Source of the DNA: Bugula neritina
Lineage: Eukaryota; Animalia; Bryozoa
Assembly (NCBI GenBank): GCA_964035545.1
Contig: OZ037771.1
Location: 6,295,190-6,359,189 of the forward strand
Length of the DNA: 64,000 nucleotides
Direction: 5' to 3'
Position numbers and translations under genes: made by a program. The number at the start of each line of letters is the position of its first letter. Within the stretch, counting starts at the first letter, position 1. Of this stretch, positions 1 to 13,451 are shown piece after piece. The notes below the pieces were generated by a model. It had not been told where the DNA came from and searched no databases. It was given only the letters and a program-made list of their open reading frames with translations.

Positions 1-1035
1 CTTATCTGTGCTGGTTTACTGGTCATTGTTCAGCTGCTGACCTAACCAGCCAGACATTGACCTTTTCAACTATTTGCAACGAAGACATCATCTCTGCTTA
101 GCCAAACATTTCGATTATTGTTGATGGGTTTGCAGCAAAGGATGCAGCACTTTATGAGGAGATGATTAAATTAAGAAATGCTCATGGTTTTTGTAGTAAT
201 ACTTCATCTTTTATTGGACACCTTTTCTCTCATATGTGAACTTTTGGACTGACAATGTTGTGACACAATACCATAGCCTAGCTTCATATACTGCAGCCAT
301 ATTGCCAGTTTTTGTGGTTTATAATTGAACAAAATTTTTGGCAAAATTCATAAAAGTTGTCTGAGATCAATCTGCATGGCCAAATATGTTTTTTTAACTT
401 TTCAATTTTTACATGTTCATTTATGTTTGATTTGAGTGAGATTTTAAATAACAAACAATCCTTTCAAGTCAAACTTAATGAAGTGATTGCCAATAGTCAA
501 AAAGTCGATGAAACATCAATTTCAATGTTGTTTATCAATTTGAGATTTTGACTGTAGAACTTGCCACGAAATCTATTCAATTGATTCCCATAGTCTTCTA
601 ACAAAAATCATTTTCATCAGAGTTTTGTCTCAGTATGTACTGAGTTGAGTTGATTGACCTATGAGCTGACATCAACGATTAATACTTATTGACGATAATC
701 ATGGCTTTGAGCTCAGTTAATTTCCAGCAGTTAATATCAACGAAAATATAATTAATATGGCAATCTAGTTAGTTAAGTATTATAGTAGGTGACCAACCTA
801 GTCATACAATAAGTAATATTATTGACAGAATAATCATTATAATAATAATTGTTGCCAAACCCGAGAGGTTTGATGTATTTTCAGAGTTTACGTCAATTAC
901 TCTCTAATAATGTCAGTCTGAGAATAGATACACAGGCTAACTAAACTACGGCTAGCTTACCTTTTTAAACTAGATTTGTTTTTGTTGAAGTACTGAGACA
1001 TATTTTGAATTGAATAACTGATTCTCTGTTTACAG

Positions 1036-4000
1036 AGGAGTTCTGTCAAATAAATGTGTTGGTTACTTGGTGTACCAACTCTCGGCTCTGGTGCCTGGCC
1101 TGTTTGGTGGAGATCCAACGAGTCGAAATACACAAAGAATAAAAGAGAGGTAACTGGTTCATATATGTGTGTGTTATGCGTGTGTGCGCGCGAGTGTGTA
1201 TATTTGTTTGTGTATGTACATCCGCCAACCCACTCTCCACAATATCCTGGTGTACATGGCATTAATGTGTAGTCAGTAGTGCGTAACATGTAGTAATTAT
1301 TATGATCTTATACTGTATGAACTATAGGATACTACTGGACTACTTATTGTATCACGTGATGTTTACTGTGTAGAGCTATTGCTGAAGAATGTTCAGTTAA
1401 TCCACCATTAGGAGCTCTCTAATGACAACTTCACCAAGTGCTTTACATTAAAATCAATGCTGAAGTGGTATCTCTGCCTTGAGACAGTTGCAATTAATTG
1501 CTTTGCTTTTCTATGTAACATTAACAGAAAATAAGTTACTTAAAAATGCTTCTATATTTTCTCAAATTCATGGAAAATACAAGTGGTAAAAGATTACATA
1601 TCTATTATAAAAATAAAAGGGTTTGCTAATCAATGTTTTCCAGTTTTCCAGTGCCAAGAAAGTTTTAGTATAAAAAGCTTACCTTGCTCCTCAGTCATAG
1701 CTGTTTTCTTTTCCTTAGTAGTCTGGCTTAGTTCTAGGAACAATTAGATTTTCAATATAGTGAGACTCCAGCTGGTTTCATTAACTTCTCATCTCAAGAG
1801 GCACTACTTGATGTTCATTAACTTCACAAAATTAATAATTTATAGCATACAGCACTGTATTGTATTGCCACAAGATGCTTTCCGCTCATGACAATGGGGC
1901 GGGAATTATGCTTGAGATATAGAATAATACTGAAACATAACCTAGTAGGATTTATTTACCCTCTCATAGTGCATGTTAGGAGTTCACTTTTTAACTGAAA
2001 GTCATGGAGCTGGTAAACTAAAAACTCATGTGAATGATTTTCTCCTTTGTTAGAATGAATAGGTGAGTGCTACACATGGTATAACAAAGTAAATAAATAC
2101 TAACAATGCTTCTGATCCGCTGCCTTTGACATCAGCTGGCAGCGACACCTTTGTCATGCTAACATTGCCTTTAGGCAGCTTTCTATGTTAGCAACTGACC
2201 TGCCTGCCGACAGTAGGTATCATTACACAGCTTCCTCCCCCACCCTGCTTACAGTGATCCTAATGGCAATGAATCAGAATAATTGTCAAGCTTGTCCCTT
2301 TGCAGCTGGTTCAAGTGGTGGTGCTAAGAATGGTTCCAAGATTGAAATACCTTATATGTAGTTTGACACTCGCTCTAATACACCACTACCACAAACAGTG
2401 GTGGTGTGTCTGATCTCAAGTTTGACCATGTTTCTCATGAAACATTTATACAATGGTTACCATGGTGATATATGTAGGTGTGTACAATGGTTACCGTGGC
2501 AATGTGTATACAATGGTTACCGTGGCAATGTTTGTAGGTGTGTACAATGGTTACCATGGTAATGTTTGTAGGTGTATGCTGCTGCTCTCGGCTTTTGACA
2601 GCCTGCTATCTCTTGTATTCAACTTCAGTCTGCCGTCAGCTGATAAAGAAGATGTTACTGTGGCCATGCAGTTTTACAGTAAGTCTATTGACATTTGACA
2701 CTGAAATCTTGTTTCACCCACTTTTTTCTCCTATTCAAGTAAAATTATCACACATGAGCCGAAAAAGAAAGTGTGCCAATTTACAACTTCAGTAGTTGCT
2801 ACTCGATGTTTTCTACCGCTTCTATACTGATATAAATTAAATTAGTAGAGCAGCAGTTCTGTGCAGCTTATTTTAACCTCTATCACATTTTCTGTTTATA
2901 TGTGTTTGAGTGTTTGAACATTTGGTAATACTCCAATGTAAATCTTAGCTTCAAGCACAGAAGTTTAAGATAGTAGTGTTACATGATTTGGATTTCTAAT
3001 AGCAATGTCACCTGAATTCATACTGGTAAGATATCATGACACATGAGAGCTACTATTTACAGAAGATGTGGTAAACATGCCTGACTTGTGGCAGATCCTC
3101 ATCTTCTACATCCGAAACTTTGATATCACCATGTTTCCCCGCTCCGTTCTATCTCAACTTATCTGCATTAACCACAAGCTGCTTGCCTCGGTCGAGTCCT
3201 ACAACAAGATATTTGGTGCACAGCTAGAACAGACCATACTGGAGCATGTTAAACAGTGAGTTACTGTTGTATTAGTATAAGGTAGTTGAAGTACTGAATG
3301 ACTATTAGTGTAGACTGGTTGAACTGTGTTTAGTGTCTAAATGTAGTATACAGTGCGTAGTATACAGTGTGCAATATACAGTGTGCAATATACAGTGTGT
3401 AGTATACAGTGTGTAGTATACAGTGTGTAGTATACAGTGCGTAGTATACAGTGTGCAGTATACAGTGCGTAGTATACAGTGCGTAGTGTACAGTGTGTAG
3501 TATACAGTGCGTAGTATACAGTGTGCAGTATACAGTGCGTAGTATACAATGCGTAGTATACAGTGTGTAGTATGCAATGTGTAGGATGTAGTGTGTAGTA
3601 TACTCATACTGTGTCTAGTAGGCTGCATAGAGTATACAGCATGTAATATGATGCAGTGTAGGCTGGAGCATACTGTGATGAGAAGGAAATGCTGTTCTTG
3701 TAGGTTCGCTAATAAAGGCATCATTCAGCAGTACACACTACTCGTAAACACATACAGCACCAATAATGATGAGACAAACCTAGCTGTCTTCACCATGCTC
3801 TCTCATATATGCGTTGAATGTGAGAGACGGGACTTACTCTACACCCCCATCCTGCTCAGACAGCTCAGGCTACTGTCCGACAGCTGTGAGGCATGCGATG
3901 AGGACAGACGGCTGGCATTCTATGTAACTCAGTCATTCCTCGATGACGTTGCAAATAGACCGCAGGTAGGAATTTCCTGTACGAAATATAAATATATTTC

Positions 4001-7000
4001 GTATGTACTCTCATGCAGTCAGAGTTTGACTAAGAATGGATGTCACACAGCTGAATGGCGTTGTCTATTCTTTCAGGCTTGCGTACAGAGTTTCATAAAT
4101 TCTCTCTCAACAACCAAAGATGAAAATTCAGAGTCAAGTGGAGTGACCAAAGCTGAACCTTGTGCTGGTATGAAATACGCTGTATATTGTAAGGGGATAC
4201 ACTATACACTGTATATTGTGAGGGTATACACTATACGCTGTATATTGTAAGGGTATACATTATACACTGTATATTGTAAGGGTATACACTATACACTGTA
4301 TATTGTAAGGGTATACACTATACACTGTATATTGTAAGGGTATACACTATACACTGTATATTGTAAGGGTACACACTATACACTGTAAAAATTGTAGCTT
4401 TAAAATTTAAACTTACGTTGTAGTGTTGTACAATATGACTTTCAGTCACGATGGCTATGCAGTCATCTGTTAGTTGATAATTGCAGAGTGGACTGACGCA
4501 GAAGAGGGAGATCTAATGAGTGCTTACTCTGAGTTTGCTGATCCCAGTGTTGATGACATAGTAACTAGGTTGGGTCAGATGGGGGTCAGCTACAACCACA
4601 GTCAAGTCACTTCCAAGATGGGGCAGCTTGGTCTCATCTCCAGCCCCTCTTCTCAGGTAAACCCACACAGTCTCATCCTTGTAACATTTCTGCATACTCC
4701 TAAACATGCCATAACATTATTTAATAGTAAATTAATTTCTTGTTCTCTTCTGTGCTCCATACGCCTTGTAGGCATCAAAACTTGCAATGATCTTGATTCT
4801 GCACCAACTTCTAGCTTTGGGCTTTTGATTTTATGTAGGGGTCTTCGGACTTGGCCGAATTGGTTAAGAACATCTGCTCCGAGGGTGATGACGATCTCAT
4901 TTCTTGGCTTAGATCAGCACTTCTGACAGCAAGTTTCACTAAAGCTAGTAAGTCTCGCCTTACTCTGTCTCTCTACTCCAGGGGTGGGCAACTGGGGGCC
5001 CCAGAGCCACCCGTGGTCCTTTGCCCATTTTTCAGTGGCCCTTTTAATGCTTAAGATAAGTAAAAAGTGTTACATGCATTCTGATTAGCACAGTATAATT
5101 TATTATGTGTACAATCGTGTGGCCCTTCGTTTTGGCTGAGTTTTGAACTTGGCCCTCGGCCAAAAGAAGTTGTCCACCCCTGCTCTACTCTATCCCTTTT
5201 GTGCCATATACAGCAGTAGTATGTTCTATAGAATGTTGTGCCTGTCTACACAGTGTGCTAATGTACCTATAGTTTATCTCCCATGCATTGTATGCAATAA
5301 CAGTTGTAAACTCCTTTGTAGTGTGCAAGAATAACAGAGAGGGTTCACCACTGTGTTACTTTTCCTTCCTCAAAGGCCATTCGTATCCGGTGATACCCTA
5401 TACTGAACGACAGAGCATGCTGCTGAGCGCACATTCTCGTGTGCTGCCTCTTCTCAAACACCTGCAACTTGAATACCTGCTTGTTAATGAATCAATCATT
5501 CCTCTCATTCCTTCTCATCTAACTGCAGAAGCTTTGTACTCCTCAGCAGAAAAGCTTAGGACTTATGAAGCAGGTAAAGTATACTGAATACTCCTGGCAT
5601 GGTGGAGAAAGGCACCAGAACCATCAGGTTCATGGTATAGAAGTGCCAGACTGGATAATTAATGCATTATGTCAGGTTAAGCCTAAAGCCATACCCTAGT
5701 AATACCAGTTTTTGACAATTTTGGCCACCTGCACTGTGGGATATATTTTTATTGTGTACAAAACACAATGCTGTCTCAGATCGGTAAAGTCACTATATCT
5801 CCTAATTGTCCAAAAAGGTGGCAGAAGATGTTTAAAACTAAATGCTGTGGTACTAACAGAACATTGAAGAAAGGCTACTTTTATGCCCTCGTGTTATTTT
5901 TCAAACACATCTTAATTGAACGGAAGCTTTTACTGTTACCAACCATGTTTTAATTTGAAAAAATTTATCGTTTTCAACTGTCACTAACTTTCTCTGTGTT
6001 GAAGATTTTTAATTGTTGCTATCAGTTTGGGTGCTTATTACTATTATTATTGAGTTTATAGCTGATATGTTTCTGTTCTGCTTTACTAATATACTCCTTG
6101 TTTTAATGTTTTAGATGGATCCGTGGAGAACTACGAGCAAGAACTGACCGATAAGCACTTTGACGAATCTCTCCTAAGTAAGCCTGTATGTTCCAGTAAA
6201 TCCAGAAGACCAGACACTGCTGCAGCACAGTAAGTGAAATATGTCTAGTTGGGAAATACTCTGGGGGGGGGGGGAGGGTTATGACTAAATATTAAAAGTT
6301 GTTTTGCAGTAGACAGATAATTGTACTAATTATAGTAGCAATTTTGTTTGTAATTATGTTCAAATACTCCTCTGCTCTCTTCTTGATGTTTGTAGTTCAT
6401 TTGTGCTTAATTAATTGTTCCTCTTGATTGCTACTAGTAAATAGCATGCCATTATTTTCACATGCCTTCAGCGTGCCTGTTTGCTCCTCTAATGTTGACA
6501 AATATATGTTTTTCTGCCAATATGGAGTTGTTAATATTGCCTTCTATTGACCGTGTGATAATTATTATGTGGGAAATTGTGTTTCTGCTAAAAGGGAATG
6601 ATTCCCTCAAATTTTCTTGTTTAAGTTATTATGGATGGAATATATGGAAAGACTCGCCAAATTCAATTTCTCTAGTCTGTTATTTTATAAATTCTCTAAT
6701 GTTGTGTATCAATCGATAGATGCTAGTAGGCAACTATGTTTTGTAATAGTGTCAAAGTGGAAGCTCATTTAGGAAAACCGTGGGCTATCATTAAATTAGG
6801 TCGCAAATTTGTACTAATAATTTTAGCATTTATATTCCCTTAAACTTCTACTCAATTACTTCTTGTTTTGCTCTGGCTAGTTGTTTTTAAATCTAATAGT
6901 TGACTTAAACTAAAACTGGTATAGTCACCTACTGCATCCAAACTCTAAATGGTAAATATGAATGTCTTTCTTCAACTAATTCCTTTTGGATATTTGAAGT

Positions 7001-7347
7001 TTAACGTTGATTATCTGCAGGTCACCTGACTACTTTTTCGATGATTGATTTTTCTATTTTGGGATTAAGTGCAGGCAATTACAAATAATCTAATGCAGAT
7101 GGAAAATTTTATTAGTTGAGTATTGAGTTGGAAAAACAGAGCTAAAAAAATTTGTATCATGGAAATAATATATTGCATAAAAAAATCATACGTGGTTATT
7201 GGTAATAAAAGTTTCAAAAAAATGCATACAATTTTATGATATTTTGGTTCGTTTAATTGTGGTCATGCTTTTTGTAGTTTGGATTCTGGCAGCCAGGGTA
7301 ATCTTAATGTCTGGCTATCTTACATGCAGATTACGTCTAGAAAGTAA
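1036..7347 (+). CDS. tim: Timeless, insect/circadian TIM1-type (5'-partial; upstream exons lie before the window)
   Basis: Hand-spliced GT-AG exons with consistent phases: 1036-1149, 2572-2678, 3063-3255, 3704-3965, 4077-4167, 4487-4656, 4839-4947, 5322-5573, 6115-6229, 7278-7347. The peptide DLWQILIFYIRNFD..LICINHKLL..LEHVKQFANKGIIQQYTLLVNTYSTNNDETNLAVFTMLSHI..LLYTPILLRQ parallels my recollection of Drosophila TIM ([73 protein letters not shown]). WTDAEE, LISWLRSALL and YPVIPY..IPSHLTAEALYSSAEKL also match. The last exon is less certain. Confidence 0.85.
2450..2576. repeat. Tandem repeat containing copies of a tim acceptor junction
   Basis: Unit ~TACAATGGTTACCRTGGYAATGTTTGTAGGTGTG; the last copy supplies the real acceptor (AG 2570-2571). 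Confidence 0.8.
3340..3605. repeat. 14-bp minisatellite (GTAGTATACAGTGY) in tim intron
   Basis: Visible tandem units; source of spurious ORFs 3305-3724 and 3337-3549. Confidence 0.95.
4180..4387. repeat. 29-bp minisatellite (TATACACTATACACTGTATATTGTAAGGG)
   Basis: About 7 tandem copies starting just after the donor at 4168. Confidence 0.95.
4979..5182. mobile_element. Non-autonomous hAT (Charlie-like) MITE, 204 bp
   Basis: TIRs CAGGGGTGGGCAACT / AGTTGTCCACCCCTG; perfect 8-bp TSD CTCTACTC at 4971-4978 and 5183-5190. Confidence 0.92.
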
Positions 7348-8586
7348 GCTTAAAGTTCAGCAGACAATTTGAGCAGATAACTCCTGGAGCAGCTAAATAC
7401 ACAAGTTTTCTTCTCTCTATTTAATATGTTTATAAAGTCTACTGGTGATAATTATCATATATTATGTTGTGCATTACTATAAAAACAAATTATTTTGTCT
7501 CTGTTTATCATAGTTTTATATATATTTCATATTTCTTTATTTATTTTTGATTTGCCTTTGTGCAAAGGATAAACAGTTGCACGTCTCAGACCATTGAGCT
7601 GCAATGTACAACGTGCAAGTGTAACCTGTAGAGTGTGTGTTGGTTAATGTGAATGCTTTTATTATTTGCTATATCTCTGATGGAGAATATTTTTCAAAAA
7701 TTTTAGCCGGTGATTTGATTTTTGTTTGTGGCTAACATTTTGTCAAAAATGCTTTCACTTTAAATTGTATGTTATTTAATGTTAGATGTTGGCTTTTAAT
7801 GAATATAATTTTTTTTATTTGTAAATTTCATTCATATATGATATGGTTTGCTGGTGTAGAAGTTCTCCATTCATTTTTAATTAGAGTAAGAGCAATTGTA
7901 TACTCCTTGTAGTCTTTATCTGAGAATTTCTTCAGAGTATATTTTTGTCATAGTTATATTTGTTATAAACAGTTTGGTGATAAAATAAATGTTTATACAG
8001 GTAGCTCTAAAAACAATTTGTATTGTTTCAGCTTATCAAAATTAAAATTTATGTGTGAAGAAGTGTTTTGTTCTTATAGGCATAGCCCAGTACTATTCTA
8101 AATCTGCAAGTCTCGCACACAATTTAGTAATCATATTGGCATGTTTTAAATTTTTATATGCTTAGCTAGTTCCTAATTATGAAAAGTGTATAGCAACTGC
8201 ATTAGATGTGTTATATACGAGCTACACTCACAATTCTGTTGTAAAGCAAAATAAATTAATATTTGGTTTAATCTGGCTCGAGTAGTCTATAGCTACACCT
8301 CACTGCGTCACAACCTCTATGTTCAGAATTGCCTTCCCACTAAGTAGAATCATAATCACGATAATGCCCACACATGAAGTGCTTTTAAAATCTGACGACC
8401 GCGATGGTTTCTTATAATATCGGTTAATTAGTTTAAAATAATTCTAGTGAGGGTTAGTTGTAATTCTTTTCCAGACCCAAGCAGCATCGACAGAGCAGTA
8501 TTATAATATTATTATTGTTCATTTCAACTTATAACTTCATTTTACCTAAACACAAGCTGTTGCGATAATTTCTCCTAACACAGTTG

Positions 8587-8613
8587 ATTGGTCATTCGGT
8601 TAAACTTGGCGGG
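8587..8613 (+). promoter_or_regulatory. Probable TOP2 core promoter elements (inverted CCAAT plus E2F site)
   Basis: GATTGG ending at 8591 and TTGGCGGG at 8606-8613 in otherwise very AT-rich DNA. Inverted CCAAT boxes and E2F sites are typical of TOP2A/cell-cycle promoters. The TSS is inferred. Confidence 0.5.
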
Positions 8614-8659
8614 CAATCGAACAAAAACAAAAACGTGCTATACTAATAGAAAAATAGCT

Positions 8660-10800
8660 AATAATAAAACTGCCATTTACTACTAGTAATAGTACTAGTA
8701 ATAACTAATACTAATAGTCACCATGATGATGATGGCCGTTAAACTCAATAACTGAAAACAAATTATTTTTGTAGTGCTGTTTATCACAGTGAATTTAACT
8801 TTAAGTTTAAGGTTACTGCTTTACTAATTACTAATTACTAATTAGTAATTACTTGTCATTAAAATTGTACTACATTGTCATTGTGATTGTATTACATTTT
8901 CATGTTAATTTAGTGATTTACTAGTAGTATTACTATTAGTAATAGTAAATCTGTAAATGTAATAAGTAATACCGATAGTCAAGGCATTATGATTACTATT
9001 AGTTATAATATTAATAATATCATCATAAATTCATAATCATAATGATCGTAGTTATACTCATACTCATAGTCATACCCATACTCATACGGATACTGATAGT
9101 CATATAATAATAATTAGATTATAGTCATACTGATAGTGATAGTAAGACTAAATGTAATACAGTTACACACTCGAGTTGCTTCAAGACTTAGACTAGTTAA
9201 ATACTAAATCTTATAGTTATAGTAATCATAATGAGTAAATCACTAATCATTATCATTATGATTATCAGTATGAGTATCAGTATGACTATGAATATCACAA
9301 TCACAATGACTTCACAATCACATGGATTTCTATATCAATATGAATATCATTATCAATATGTTTACCAATGGCAATGTGAATGAGTCATTAAATTTGATAA
9401 TTGTAAATTGCAATTGACTAATTCTTATAGTTATACTTATACTTATAGACTATAGTTATAGTTATACTTAAACTACTTATACTTATAGTATTATTTATGC
9501 TCGGTTCCAGTTTCAGTTTGAGTTATACTTATTAAAGATAAAATTAAATGATTTAAATTTACTAAATAATTTGGTTATACTCAATCTTATAGTTAAACTT
9601 AATGTTATACTTATAGTGTAGACTTTAGAGTTTAGACTTGGTTAATAGTATTAATATTTCTTGAAGTGTTTTACACTTATCACTTATGACTTATAGTTTT
9701 ACTTGTAGTTATAGTTAGTGTTACTTATTGAATTTAGTCTTAGCTACTAGTAATAGTACTAGTCGTACTAGCTTTACAAACCACCGTAGTAGGATATAGT
9801 TAATGTTATACTTATAGTAGATGTATTACTAGTAGTAGTATGCCTGTACAGTGTATGACCATGTATAATTCTATAAAATTGGATTTAGGTATCCCCCACA
9901 GCAGTTATTACTTATCAGTTAATACTAAATCTAATACTCTCATTCACAGCCATAGACGAGAGTCGTAAGTCGTACTGATTCATAGACTCCCACTGATGCT
10001 GTGATGATGATATCGGTATCACATGACAGTAACTCACTCACACTGTAATACTAATAGTAATAACATTTAAAACGGCCCATGATAGTCATAATAATAGTGA
10101 CTAGGCCTCAAGTCATTATGCTGATAATTGATAGTGATATCATTACCATATGATTATCATTATGATCTGATACTCTTACTCTGAGTATCACTCTCACTAT
10201 CAGAATTAGTATTACTCTAGGTCCAACCTGTCACCACCACCCTGGCTTACAGTTAGTATCACACTGCACTGTAATACTAATAGTGATATTGAGTCAGATT
10301 CAGAGTTACTGTTCGTGTCCCAGTGTGAAACATAGTTGAAGTAACATACTGATACTAAACAGTAAATTAGTAATAAGTAATAAGTTTTTACTTAAATAAG
10401 TAATAGTAAATTTAAATAAAATGCTTAAAGTTATTCCTGCATGATTATTGATGAACTTGTAGCTTAAAATTTAAGGCTAAAAGTAACTAACCACCTAGCC
10501 TAATCATTATTTAGTAATTTGCTTAGATTTCGTTATACTTATTACAGTGTTAGTAACAATCAAAATTTTAACTTGAAATTAAAGAAGTAAAATAATTACT
10601 ATTGATATAACTATAAATATAAGTATTGCTATTAGTAATAGTATTAGACTATTACTATTGCTATTAATATTAGCAATTATATAAATTTATCAATAATTTT
10701 ATGCAATAGTGAATACAGAATAATGGATTGACTATCATTATAGACATAGTGTAGACTAATATCATGCCCATGTTTATGAATAGACATGCAGTGATGCACA
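8660..10800. repeat. Degenerate hexamer-periodic (ANTNAT/ATNANT) low-complexity tract, about 2.1 kb
   Basis: 9050-9103: AGTTAT ACTCAT ACTCAT AGTCAT ACCCAT ACTCAT ACGGAT ACTGAT AGTCAT. 9246-9311: ATCATT ATCATT ATGATT ATCAGT ATGAGT ATCAGT ATGACT ATGAAT ATCACA ATCACA ATGACT. The ORF track shows no ORF of 60 aa or more here. Confidence 0.8.
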
Positions 10801-10926
10801 TGTCTATGGTCATAGTTTGTAGCATTTTGCTTGCATAGTCAGAAAGTTTTAAATAAAATGATGTTTTTTTAATTCGGGAGTGTAGATTAATGGGAGGAGT
10901 ATTGTGACCATCTGTCTTTTGTTACA

Positions 10927-13392
10927 ATGGAAAGCCCAAAGCCATTGAAGGTATTCAACATTATGATTTTAATTCAAATATAATGGCATGATATTTCCAA
11001 ATTTCTTCAATGGGCCAGTCCAGTGACTCATCGTTTGATCTTAGAGTTATTTTAGTAAATTTCAACTCCCTATAATTATTTATTTTGCATTTACTTTGTA
11101 TATTTTGTAAAGTTATCAACACTGTGCCAATATTTTATGGTAATACATTTTAGTCCATCATGGAGAATTCAAGTAAAAATAAGCACGCGGCAGGAGACTC
11201 TCCAGCAAATAAGCGATTGTCTGTTGAAAGAATTTACCAGAAAAAATCTCAGCTAGAGCACATACTTCTGCGTCCTGATACATATATCGGTTCTGTTGAG
11301 ACCCAAACATCAGTAAGTTGCTTTTCATGTTTCAATACTGTACTCACAAGCATCAGCATTAGGAGATTATGATTGTGAATAGCTCAAAGTTCAAATTGTA
11401 CTATCTGACCATTGCAAGTTCAAACATTTTTACTACTATACACAGAAAAAAGTGCATTGCTGTTGGAACTGCTCCAATGTTGGAATGTTACTCATGTTGT
11501 TTGAAACATCTAATGATGACTAAACAAATAGATATATGTCTATTTCTGTGATATTTAGCCAACTACTTGTCATACATGAGAGAAAATGTGCCACACATTG
11601 TAGATAATGTGTCATACACTGTAGAAAATGTGTCATACACTTTAGATTTTAGACAATGTGTCATACAATGTGTCATGCACTCTAGACTATATGTCATACA
11701 CTGTAGACTATGTGTCATACACTGTAGACTATGCGTCATACACTGTAGACTATGTGTCATACAATGTAGACAATGTGTCATACACTGTAGACTATGTGGG
11801 TGATGGACAAAGACTCAGGTCAGATGGAACAGAGAGAACTGACGTATGTTCCTGGTCTGTACAAAATATTTGATGAGATTCTGGTCAATGCTGCCGATAA
11901 CAAGCAGCGTGACAAAGCAATGAACTGCATCAAGATTGAGATAGATGAGTAAGTCTATAATAATCAGCCTTCCCCATAACAAAATACTTATAAAATGATA
12001 ATAGAGTATTATTTTTAGCTCACTCATTATTCTTATCCTGTAATTTCATGAGCTGATTCGGTTGTTAAGTCACAGTCGTTGTGTTTGTCATTTTTCAAAA
12101 CTCACACCGTCTGTTGCTAGAGAGAACAACCGTATAAAGATCTGGAACAACGGGAAAGGGATCCCTGTGGTAGAACACAAGGAAGAGAAGATGTATGTGC
12201 CAACTCTCATTTTCGGCCATCTTCTCACCTCCTCCAACTATAACGATTTTGAGAAAAAAGTCACAGGCAAGTCTTTCGTTAAGCTTTCCAAGATGTTTGG
12301 TGACTTGTGTGAAACTTGCCTATTTTCCTTTGCATTCCATGTGTCGCCACACGCTGTATGTGACATGTTGTGACATGTTGATGCAGGTGGTAGGAATGGG
12401 TATGGAGCCAAACTATGTAACATTTTCAGCAAGAAATTCACAGTAGAAACTTCATGCAAGTCATCCAAGAAGTCTTTCAAACAGGTAGGAACACTGACTA
12501 CATGCACATCCTCCAAGCTTCTTCTGTAAGTTATTGACGAATGAATGTCGTGGAGGACTGATGAAGCTTGTAGCATGAGGTTACAATTTCTAAATGAGTT
12601 ATTAGTATGCTCTCTTTGCAGACGTGGTCCAACAACATGGCTAAAGCCTCTGAACCCAAGATCTCAGATGCTAAAGAGCAGGATTTCACCTGTGTGACCT
12701 TTGAACCTGACCTTTCCAAGTTTAAAATGGAGAAGCTAGACCGAGATATTGTGGACATCTTTACAAGACGGGCATACGATATCGCAGCCTCGTCTAAGGG
12801 AGGGGTGAAGGTTTTTCTCAACGGCAAGCGCTTACCGGTCAGTTCTTCTACAGTGCCCTAGTTTATCGAGTTTGTCATTTGCTGATCTCCAATTAGGCCT
12901 AAGCAGTCTTGAAATCACTCTTAATAAGTGGTTTAGCGTGCATTCTCTCTTAATTTACCATTAGCTCACTGAAAGAAGGCAATAAAATTATCTGAAATAA
13001 TTACCCTGTGTATATCAAGTCACGGAAATGAAAATCTAGTCACAACCAACATAGACGCATCATATTACTATGTTAAATGTAGTCATACATGCATCTCCCG
13101 CATCAAGCTAATTCACCACCAACGTGCTTGTCAAAAGAACTCAATTGTGTTATGTATGTCAGCAGTTTTTGCTGAACTGCTTTCTGTTCTCGGCATCTTT
13201 TGTGTGTTTTTATGTAATTTCTTGTATATGCTTCTCTACTAAAACTTTTACTGCAAAGTTGCTATTAATAATGAACCTTTTTCCTTTTGAAAATGATAGT
13301 TCCATTAAGTTATCTTCTTTGAATATTTCCGAAAATAACTATATTCAATGACTTGAAACTTTGCCCGCCTCTAACATTGCCAACTTCAAATA

Positions 13393-13451
<59 letters not shown>

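Noticed and set aside
1370-2370. Coding-looking patches in tim intron (possible transposase relic or antisense exons)
   Set aside because: Interrupted by stops in the frames tried; no recognisable motif.
8660-10800. ANT-NAT tract as a coding (S/T)(H/D/Y/N) dipeptide-repeat protein
   Set aside because: Phase and orientation switch frequently; there is no long ORF or exon structure.
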